From NCBI GenBank assembly GCA_001643675.2, contig LSRY02000020.1:992001-1056000 (forward strand): DNA of 64,000 nt. Direction: 5' to 3'. Both the position numbers and the translations under genes were made by a program. Numbering within the stretch: the stretch's first letter is position 1; every line of letters begins with the position of its first letter. Origin of the DNA: Monocercomonoides exilis PA203 (Eukaryota > Protista > Preaxostyla). Under the pieces are notes generated by a model that worked only from the letters and a program-made list of their open reading frames with translations, made no database searches and was not told the DNA's origin. This document shows, piece by piece, positions 39,596-50,251 of this stretch.

Positions 39596-41938
39596 ATGTC
39601 AATGGAAATCGAATCTAGCTCATATGTCGCAAATTCTGTCACTTGTGAAATTTTGGATCCAAATGAAAACTCTAGGTTTTCAGATGATACTGAAAATTAC
39701 AATGTTTGGTTTTATTTGATAAAATTTTATTATTTTTATTGATTTTTTATTATAGAGAACGAATGATAAAAAAAAAATCAAGGACAAACACGAACAATCC
39801 AGTAATATTCCAGAAAATGTTTGGTTTTTCATTAAAAATAAAGAATTTATTATTTTTTTTTCAGACATTATCAACTCCATCAGCTCAAATTCGCACTCTT
39901 TCGTACAATTTTGATGAAAACGAGTTTATAAGAAGGGAAGAAGCGTGCGAAAGGATGATGTCGTTCGTTAAGGAATATCTTTCTCCTGCAAAAAAAATAC
40001 CTCATAGTTATTCATCTTCCATATGTGCAACAACTTCGTCAAATCCATCTCTTCAAAAAGATTCGTTACATAAAAAACATTCATCAAATGAATTTCGCAC
40101 TTCAGATTCAACAAGAACACCTTCTATCTCGCATATTCTTCCTTCCGTTATATATGCTTTGAAAAAAAGCAAATTCGACAAATATGACAATGCAAAAGAT
40201 TATTCAGATTCTGAAGATTTTGCAAGCGAAGTTTCTGACAGAGATGAAAATGATGAAGAGGATGATAATCCTATGGTAGAAGAGGAAGAATCTGATGAAG
40301 GAGAAATTAAAATGAAGAAGTTAAATTGTATTGAAATAAAAGACATTTTGGAAAGCACGAAAGATGCTACCAAATATTTGAAAAATGATCGTCAATTTTT
40401 CAGCGAAAAAGCAAATGCTCTCAACAGCTTGTCTTCTCCCTCAAATACTCCTGCTTGTGCTTCGCCCCCTCCCACATCCTTCTCCGAACTATTTTAAACA
40501 TCTTCAACAGATGTCTCTCCAAATTCTCTCTCTTCTTCTCTTTCAGCATCGTCCATTATTCCTTCCTCCTCTCTCTACTTTCATCCCACTCGAATGGATG
40601 AAGCAGTGAGCAGAGTCAGCAAGGAAAAAGCCAAGAAATACTTGAATGTGGAATCCATATGGTCTGAAGCAACCAAACGGAAACATTCTTGGGTCAATCG
40701 GTTACTAACAATTTGGGCAGAAAAAGTTGAAATAGAACCTTGGCCATTACATCATGAATCAGCCAGAGGGTTCATTTTGTTTTGCGTGAAAGAGTGCCAC
40801 TATCCTCTTTCCTCCATTTGCTACGTGATTAATCCATCACTAAAAAGAATTAACATCATTAAAAGAGGAAAAAGATTAAGTTCAAATACTTATCATTCTT
40901 TAAGAGATGCTGTGAGATGTCTCAAACACAGAAGTGAAGTGCAAAAAACAGTTGGGTGATTCTTTTTGAAAAGTCACAAATGTTTAATTTTCAAATAAAT
41001 CAAAAATTTCATATTTTGCTCAAATATCTGCTTTCACTCACGAATCTTCAAAAAAATGAATGAAATGGTATTATCCAGAAATAGATTTTATATTAGAGAA
41101 GTTTGGTGCATGTTAACAAAAATTTGAGCAAGATATAAAATTTTTGATTTATTTGAAAATAAAACATTTGTGACTTTTCAAAAAGAATCACCCAGTTACA
41201 AAAAAAGAACCTGCTGTTCTTCAGGATGTGAAAAGAATTGTTCATTTCATTCCCAATACAATGCTCGATAAGGCGCTTGAATCATTTCTTTATCTCGTTG
41301 CTGTGCGCACAGGGGCTCGCGCTGTTACACTTTCCAACGTGAAACTATCAGACATCAAACAAGTCGTGAGATCAAAGGCGAATGGAAAACTGTTATGCAC
41401 AATCCAAAACAATAGAACCAAAGCTTCACATAACTGTGGGCACAAGGTCACAATTGAAGGCAACGAAGATGAAGTGAATGACGACGATCCAGTCTATTGG
41501 CTCTCGTTGCATGTATATCAAAAAAAAGGAGTTAGGCTTTTTGATTGGGTTAACACAAATGAAAAAGCAAACCTTAATAAACTGGTGTGGCCACTGAGCA
41601 CTGAAAGCATGAGGGAGAGATTCAAAAGAAGAGCGGAAGCAGCTGGGTACACTTGTCATCTGTTTTGTTTCCATTCACTGCGAAGTGGCTTCATTTGTAC
41701 TGCTCTAATTGCTGCTGACAAAGACGATGAAACCCAACAAGCTGTCATGGAAAAAACAGCCTTTGTTGTTGGCTGGCAACAGTGCAGACTTTCGCAATGC
41801 ACTTTCATCAAAGAAGCCTTGAAACGTGCCATGGTTGCCTCAACGCTAATCACCATTAACGATGATTGCAACCAAACTGTGTTCGATGAAACACAATTGG
41901 AGTTGGAAATGATTCGCTGCATTTCGTTAAATGAATAG
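39596..41938 (+). pseudogene. Intron-containing tyrosine recombinase gene YR-2 (Crypton-like), best-preserved copy
   Basis: ATG at 39596. Phase-0 GTTTGG..AG introns at 39704-39755 and 39819-39864. One TAA at 40495. Core-binding-like WSEATKRKH..EPWPL..GFI. Catalytic motifs VAVRTGARA, RTK, FHSLRSGF and VVGW. Confidence 0.85.
40954..41193. mobile_element. MITE family A copy (240 bp), TSD AGTT
   Basis: AGTT|gggtgattctttttgaaaagtcacaaatg...catttgtgacttttcaaaaagaatcaccc|AGTT, inside YR-2. Confidence 0.95.
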
Positions 41939-42359
41939 GTGCTGAAAGAATAGAGCCCGATGGAGGAGTATTTTCAACAGGTTATTAAAAGAATAATGTA
42001 ATATTTTGGAGATTTGAATTTTGAAGAAGCTTCAAAAAGGGGTGTTTGACTAATGTTGTGAAGAAATTTGTTGACAAAAATGAAAAATTATTGTTAATAA
42101 TTAATTACAAATTGAATAAAATGAATAAAAGAATTTGTTTGGAGAAAAAATAAGCAAATCTTTTCGTTGTTGTTCTTTCATTGGACAATCAATAAATCGA
42201 AACTGATTTCTCGTTCAGCTGAAAACATAAGCCTTAATGAATGAGTTTGGAAAAGCACAGCAGGTTTGGAAAACAAATGCTAATGGACATGTTAAAAATG
42301 TTTGGAAGCGGTTTATTTTTTTGATTTTTTTTAATAAATCAAATATTATGAATTAATTT

Positions 42360-42627
42360 TGGTCAAAATATATGACTTCAGGCATTTTCATTGAAAAATT
42401 ATGCACTTTTCAATGATTATTTGAGATTAAAAAACACAATAAAAATGGGTCCATTTTTTGACATTCGTGAAATGTTGGAAAACTTAATGTTTTGATTCAA
42501 TGATGCCTGTTAACAGATATGAAAATCAAATTTATTTTGAAATCTGAGAAAGCGAAATAAAGTTATGAGCGAAACAATTTTTTTTTTGCTTTGTGCATAA
42601 AAAGCTTGAAAGTCCGTATTTTCCCCC
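42360..42627 (-). mobile_element. MITE family B copy, reverse orientation
   Basis: Reverse complement of 37335-37602, ending aagcttgaaagtccgtattttccccc. Confidence 0.85.
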
Positions 42628-42974
42628 TTTTTTTTAAAAAAAATAATATTTTCATAGAAATTAATATTAACTTCAAATAAAAAATATCAATATAATCAAC
42701 TTTAAAATTCGAAACACTTCAAAAATTTTTTTATAAAAATCTTGATCGACCTTATTTTGTCATCTTTTATTTAATGTTTTTTTTATGAGATAAATAGAAA
42801 TGAATCATCATCAGTTCTTTTTGAGAGATTAAACGTTTCAATGCAAATATAAAAAATATGCAAAGTTCTTTGGATGTTTTTATTTTTTTTTAACTATTTT
42901 TTTTTATTTTCATATTTTTTTTTATTTTTAAAATTTATTTTTTATTTTTTATTTTTTATTTTTTTTATTTTTAT

Positions 42975-43208
42975 TTTTTTTTGAAAAATGGAGTATGTTT
43001 TATTATCCGACAAAGCGAAAACTTCAAATTTTCTTCAAATTATTGTTTGCACTCACAAAACTTCACAAATATGGAATCTATTTCTTGATTATGACAAAAT
43101 ATACATTGAAGTTTCATTTGGTTATCTGGACCAGAAATTTGATTAATATCAATCTATTTTCATTTATTTGAAAATTAGACATTTGCAACTTTTCAAAAAG
43201 AATGCCAC
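42975..43208. mobile_element. Degenerate MITE family A-related copy
   Basis: Right end tttgaaaattagacatttgcaacttttcaaaaagaatgccac. Left end eroded. Confidence 0.55.
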
Positions 43209-43578
43209 ATTTGTAAAGATCATTTTGTAAAATATCGAAGTTAACAATCACTTTTTCATATTTTTTTACCCAAATTTTTAATGATCAAGAATGTAATATC
43301 CATTTCATTATGAAGAAATTTCAATAGCTGAAAACAAGGAATATCTAATATATCATTGAAGTCAATACTTTATAAAACTTATTCATATTCTTCTAACAAA
43401 TAAAGCTCTTCCTGATACGTTTCAAACATAACAAAAACGTATGAGAAGATCTCAAAAAGGAACATTAGATAAGAAAATAATCTCGATTTTCATGAAATTA
43501 TCAAATCATTTTTTTTTAGAAAATTTTGGTTTCATTAATAACATTTTTCTGATTAAAATTAGTTTTTTTTGTAAATAT

Positions 43579-44016
43579 AGGTGATTCTTTTTGAAAAGTC
43601 GCAAATGTTAAATTCTCAATTAGAACAAATATTTCATATTTAGCAAAATATATTTTTAACAAATATCAAACTTCACGAAAATGGAATCTTCACTTGATAA
43701 TGCTATTTCAAACATTCTTGAGAAGATTTGTAAGCTGAAACAGAAATTTGAGCGAAATATGAAATTTTTGATATATGGCATTTTTTTTTTGAAAAGTTCC
43801 TTTTGTTTAATTTTCAAATATAATAAAAATTTCATATTTCGATCAATTTTCTGTTCCCACGTACCAAATTTCGCTGTCATGAAAATAATAACTTCGCGAT
43901 GATTTCACTTTCATGACAGCGAAATTTGGTGAGTGGGAACAGAAAATTGATCGAAATATGAATTTTTTATTCTATTTGAAAATTAAACATTTGTGACTTT
44001 TCAAAAAGAATCACAC
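43579..44016. mobile_element. Composite or nested MITE family A with a long internal hairpin
   Basis: Left TIR aggtgattctttttgaaaagtcg and right TIR gacttttcaaaaagaatcacac. Inner arms at ~43831-43884 and ~43909-43962. Confidence 0.8.
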
Positions 44017-44253
44017 ATTTATATAAAATTAAAATTAATATAATTTTATGCAAATTGAAACAAACTAGAAAATACATTGAGGGAAGAGAGTTTGTGTGGT
44101 TTTTCACGATTTTTGAACCCCTGTGTGGAATTAAAATGTTACAAAAAGTATTAAACCACCAGTTTATCAATCATGTCATTTACTCTAATTTTTTGAAGCA
44201 TTAATATGATTGAAATTATGTAATAATAATGATCAATAAAATATTATTTCAAA

Positions 44254-45360
44254 ATGAAAATTTTTGTGGAAACAAAATTTGAAGATGGACAAAAAAAGTT
44301 GCAGCATGCAATGTCTTTGCGCAAGCATGGGAAATACAACAGTTCGTTGGAACGAATGGCTCACATCTTTGTTGACGGAATTGTTCGCACCACGGATGCC
44401 ATTAATTCCAAGGAATTCAGCTGCACAGGAATAAAGAATGCAGTTCGAGCACTGAGAAAAGGAAGGCTGGTTGGTAAAAATTGGTAGACCTGCAATTGTG
44501 GTGGGAGAAAAGGAACAAAGAGTTTAAGACATTATACACATTGAAGCAAAGTCTGGAACATATTTAACTTTAAAAAAAACAAGTGAATTAGTTTGTTTTG
44601 GATTTGTTTATATGTTTTAATTATTTATATTGTTGATGGAAAATGTCATAAACTACAACGATGACGAAGACGCACAATTTACCGAAGTTTCAATGTCTGC
44701 CACGTATGGTTTTGTCAAGCGTCATCCTGAGTGGATGACTGGAACGCCGAAGAATTTGGACATCAACAGACTGGCTGTTTCGTGCAGAAGTGTTTTAAAA
44801 CCCTGGTATAAAACACTCGACGAGCCGCACAAAAAATACCATTATAATCCAGCTTTTATTATAAGTATCGACGAATCATCAACGTGCGTTCCCACAGATT
44901 CAAAACAGCTTGTTGCGCATACTACGGACACAAAAGCAGGTTTCACGAAAGAACCACCAAGAATGATTAATTCTGCATTCGTGGCAGCTGTTGCAGCGGA
45001 CGGATATGCCTTTCACACTATTATTCTATGGCCAAGTGGAAACCTGCCAGATGAACTGAAAAGACTGTAATCTCCTACGCTTGAGATACTGTAAAATGGA
45101 AGCTGCTGGATGGACAACGAGTGCTTTGAAAGGCATGCTCTCACCATTCTTCTTCCTTCGATTATCGAAAGAAGAAAGCGCACATCACAAAAAAACAAAC
45201 ACATTTCTCTCATTCTTTATTCCTTGCCTCTTGTGCAGATCAACTGATATGGAGAGAATTCCAAAAACATCAAATCGACGTTTGAATCTTCGTGCCATAC
45301 AGCATTCACATCTTTCTCCTTTTTTATAGAGGAGTGAATGCTGCTTGAAAATCCAAATTA
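44254..45360 (+). mobile_element. pogo-like transposase pseudogene
   Basis: YGFVKRHP, IISIDESS and FVAAVAADG, with a decayed C-terminal P..HS..SPF block. Confidence 0.75.
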
Positions 45361-45889
45361 TCAACTTAAAACAAAAATTTGTTTTTTCATCAATTATTTT
45401 TTAAGTTTATTTTGCTGTTAATATTCTGGCTCAAATTATCTGAACAGAATTGTCACCTTCCTTTATGTTGATAATATTCTTCCACATAAATGTTTTTCAT
45501 CACTTTTTTCAGACTTTTCTTGAGATAATTTTTCTCATTGTTCAAAAATATTTTTTCATCTTTTAGAAATCAATTTGACTTTAAAAAAATATTTTGACTA
45601 AAGAAATTCTTGTTGAATTATGTGATAATAAGAAAAGCTAAAGATTGAAATAAAAAAAATGATATGGATGAAAATTAAGATGAATAAGTGAATGCAACAG
45701 AAGAAAAAATTCCCTGTGAATAAAGCAAAACAATAAGCTTCTAATAATAATTAAGAAGATAAAAAGAAAAATTATGTTCAAACAGAAGGAAAAGAAACTG
45801 TCAGAACAAAATCTTTGTCATTTTTTAAATATTCAACTTTTTATTATTAGGCATGATTTTTTAATTTTTACATGTTGTTTTATTCAGTA

Positions 45890-45912
45890 ATATATATATA
45901 TATATATATATA

Positions 45913-46005
<93 letters not shown>
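45890..46005. repeat. Compound (TA)n(TG)n microsatellite
   Basis: Directly visible in the sequence. Confidence 0.98.
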
Positions 46006-46007
<2 letters not shown>

Positions 46008-46519
46008 GAATAAAGATAAAAAAAATAAGAAGTGAAAATTCAAAAAAACCTATTTGAGAATTATTTTTTTGAGATTTCAAAAGTTTAAAAATCATTTCAA
46101 ATATAATCGTGAGAATGAAGAAGTTTTGGAAAATTTATTATTTGTTATTATTCGACAAAAAATGACAACACAGTGGAGAATAATATCATTAATATAAACA
46201 AAAAATATTTTTATTATTGCATTTTCTGGATTTGGATAAGCGATAAAAATTATCCATGTGAGTTTGTAATTACTGAGAAAATAAATGGGTTTGTTGTTGA
46301 ATATCAACAATATAAGTTTGTTGATATAATGTGACCGTCTTCAATTATTGAAAATGTCCACATTTTATTGTTCAAATAACATAATATAAATTTTTCCGCT
46401 CCCTTTTTTAACATTGTTATCTTTCCAGATTTCTGCTCCTTTTTCTCTTTTTCGAATGTTTTAAACCTCTATTCGAATTAGTCTGTTGAAATAGTCTGGA
46501 ACTCAGGAGACACACATGA

Positions 46520-48290
46520 AAGAAATATCAGTTCCGATGCTGTATAAACTAGGAAACGTCTTTTTGAAGTTTCAAGTTGTCGAAAAAAAAGGAAACAGAT
46601 GAAGAGGATAAATTCAAAGAATCATCAATCACAATATTGATAATGGAATTTTCAACTTAATAAGAAATACAAAAGCTGGATTTTTATTTATCAACACTGA
46701 AGGAATTACCAGTGCAACAATCGTTGGATCATTTGTCTTCCTATGCGCTTAAATCTCCATATCCTGGACCACTTCATGTTTCCAAAAAAGAAAACCTAAC
46801 TGAGAAGTGTTTGAATTCTTTGGAATCGACTAATTTCGAGGAGGAGCTAATTGAGGAAGTCACTTCAAACAAAAGTTCAAAGTCACGAAAGTTAAAGAAT
46901 GGACTCAGATCAAAAATAAAATGGAGGAGGAAGGCAACAATAACAAGTTCTGTTATTTCCGGATGGGATTCAGTCAATTGCGAATGGCTGAAAAGAGTTT
47001 GTGCATCTGCACGTTCAACAAGCTCTGTATTTGAAAAAAGGTTTGTCACTAATGATTTCAATGCTTGTACACAAATGTCATTCAAATGAATTAATAATTA
47101 TGGAAAGAAAAACGAAAAGGTTTCATCCAATGAATATCGCACTTCTGAATTTCTTGAAAGTTCTCTGATAACAAGGATAGTAAAACCAATTAGCATAGAG
47201 AAGCTTTCATGACTGGATGAATGGGATTCAGATGAAACCGATTGCAGTTTTTTTGAAGAAGAATATGAACAAACAAATAATGACATTCATCAAAACGACA
47301 TCGATTCAGAAACCGAAACAACAAGTTTTTTCAGTTGTTAAGATCTGGAGAAGGAGCAAAATGATTCAAAAGCAACAGAATGCGAAAAGGAAGAATTGGA
47401 TGTCACCAATGTTCAGAAAAAAAGGAAGGTGAAGGCAAAGATGGCAAACGTGTCTTCCAATAAATGCAGGATATTGAAGTTGCGCAAAAAATGAGTATTG
47501 GACAATAAAAAGCATTGTGTTATTATCAAGTGAAAATTGAGGCAATTGGAGCTGAAAAAAGAATCAATCAAGGATATCGATTCATTTGATGAAAATTTTC
47601 GATCAGTAAAAAGCTCAAACGATTAATATGGAAAAACGAATACAAAAGATTTATCTCCTCTTCCACATGAATCTTCTTCTTCAAATTCTACTCTGTCATC
47701 TCCTTGATACGTTCATGACACTCCAACTTTATTCTCTGATGTGCTGATAACATTTTCAAAAGAGGAATTGACTCCTTATTCAGAAGAAGGTCTTCCATGT
47801 GAGAAAGAAACTATCAAATCTCATATGTGGGCATTTCGAATGTATATTGATTATTGCAAATCATTCCATAAGCAAACTTGGCCATTGCAGACTGATGCGT
47901 TGCACGGTTTCATTAATTTACTCGGTATTGCAGTCGGATATTCGTTTGAAACAGTTTGTGGGAGCATCAATTATGCATTGTTTGCCATTTCCGAGACAAA
48001 AACAGGTGAAACTGAAAGCATCAAAGTCAAACTGAAGGTTTCAAGAGCAGAAAACGAAATTCTAATTTGCAAGAAGAAATGAAGAAAGAAAGAACTATCC
48101 ACATCTTTGTTTGAAAACGATATTACAAAATCTCAGAAACATCCATTTGTTGTTTCTGATTTGAAGTGGATACTAGACAGCTATTCAGATTGTTTCATTT
48201 GAAAACCACGAATTGATCATTTATTTTTGATTGCAACTTCAACAAAATTGAGGGTTCAATGTTGGATAAAAGAATATTACGAGCTGATCA
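46520..48290 (+). pseudogene. Stand-alone tyrosine recombinase gene YR-3, decayed and truncated at the R box
   Basis: ETIKSHMWAFRMYIDYCK...TWPLQTDALHGFINLLG and KHPFVVSDLKWILD...HLFLIATSTKLR are colinear with YR-1 and YR-2. Confidence 0.7.
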
Positions 48291-48669
48291 GAGTCGATTA
48301 ATATTGCTATTTATCAACAATAAATGAAACGTAATAAGTTGAAAAAGCAGCATAATAGCTTGTGAAATAAAAATTTAAAAAATTCAATAAATTTCTTTTC
48401 ACAAAAAAAAATGATCTTTTGAAAAAACTATTCAAAGAGTTAAACAACATATTTAATTAAAAAAAGATTGAAAATGATATTTTTTTAGTATTCAGTTGAA
48501 AAATATTAAATTTTCATTTAAAATAATAATGGCAAAAAAATCATATTCGATATTTCACAACAAATATATTATCACCACAAATTAATAACAATGAAAATAA
48601 TTACGAAACGATAAACAAAAATACTATAAATGAGAAAGTGTAACTTTACAATCCAAACACACACACATT

Positions 48670-50218
48670 AAAAAAAAAAAAAAAAAAAGTAAAAAAAAAA
48701 AAAAAAAAAAAAGAAGAAGAAGAAGAAGAAGAAGAAGAAATAGAAGATCAGAAACGACAATGATTTGACAGAAGTTTATCGTTTTCATGAGCAAGAAATA
48801 AAAATCAGAATTAAATCCAGTTTGCACAAGTGTATTCATTAAATTACACTGAATTTCACAAACTTTATTCAAAAAGTTTATTTAGAAATATTTCATGTTA
48901 AAAATTTGAAAAAAAATGAATTATAGATCACACATTCGATTCTCTTTTGAGTGTCAACTTTATCTTATTTTGTGATAATTAAATAATAAGACAACGAACC
49001 AAAAATTTTGTAAATTTATTTTTGCTATTAATGAAAATCACATTATGAATAAATATTGCTTCATAATGTTTATAATTTTGATTTTCAATATTATGTGTTG
49101 AATATGCAATCTCCTCATTATTGGATTTTTCTCTTATTCCATTGTTATGTTTGCGTTCTGAATATTCAAATGAAAAACAATTATAATTTTGAGAATTTTA
49201 TCAAGTGTTGAACTCATTTGAAAATTGAAAATTACATGGAAAACATTTGTGTGGTCGAACAATCATCGTGGAGAGGAGAGCTTCCAATAAAACGTCTCGA
49301 ATATGAAAAGTGTGATCAATTTTGATGAAAATATAAATTATTTAGGATTTTAACCATTCTCTTTTTAGAAATATTCCATTAAAACGAAAACAATTCGTTC
49401 TTCCTATTAAAAAGAAATTCAACTCGAAACATTCATTTTTAAATGTCCTTTTTCTTTATTTCTTCAAATCAGTTTCTTATAATTTGAACAATCAATTATC
49501 TTCGTGAATTGAACAATTTTAATAAGAATATCATTTTCTTTTATATTCAATAGATTTCACATTAAGCTTTTAAATGTGAAATGCGCTAAACTTGATAATA
49601 TTAATTCTTTGATATTCTTTTTGACTCGATCCTCACTTTTTGACTTTTGATCTATCTATTTTCCATTTCATGAAAATTTCATATTGAATTACTTTAATAA
49701 AGATGTTTTTATAACTAATTTTGTTTTCATAATTTCATATGTTAGAATATTCAATATTTAAACAAAAGAGAGAGCTGGAAGAGGGAAAGCTCAAGCAAAG
49801 AGATCAAAGCTGACCCCTCATAAAATGTTTTCAAAGAAATGAATGTTCCATTCTTTTCAAGAAATGTTTTCAAAAAAGAATGTGATTTAATTTTCAAATG
49901 CAAATTGTCTGAACATTCATTCAAACCCAAATGTGCGGGTTTGTGCTAATGTGCAGGTTTTCCGCACAACTATTAAAAATTGAATTTATTTTTCACCATT
50001 TTTTGTTTTTGAAACAAATTGTTCATCTACAATATGTTGTTTTCAGTGAAGATGTCTGAATGCAAAAATTTATTCCCATGTGTTTTCTGTAATAATAATA
50101 ATAAACGTTGTTCCAATTTCATAAGAAATTAATTATTTACGGATTAAAAATTTTTGCTATGTTTTATTTCATATTATGTATTTGAATATTATTTTTCGAA
50201 TTATCAGCTTTGCATCAT

Positions 50219-50251
<33 letters not shown>

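Noticed and set aside
5574-40497. Non-standard genetic code (stop reassignment) as the explanation for in-frame stops
   Set aside because: TGA, TAA and TAG all occur at positions expected to encode different residues, alongside frameshifts and mutated catalytic residues. This fits pseudogene decay.
40950-41197. MITE-A acting as an introner (GT and AG are available in the TSD and TIR)
   Set aside because: Splicing 40951-41195 or 40956-41195 leaves -1 or +4 nt relative to the empty site, so neither restores the frame.
45872-46095. CVCVCV and THTHTH ORFs, also EIEIEI at 58813 and the LLLL/FFFF ORFs in the array
   Set aside because: These are translations of microsatellites and homopolymers.
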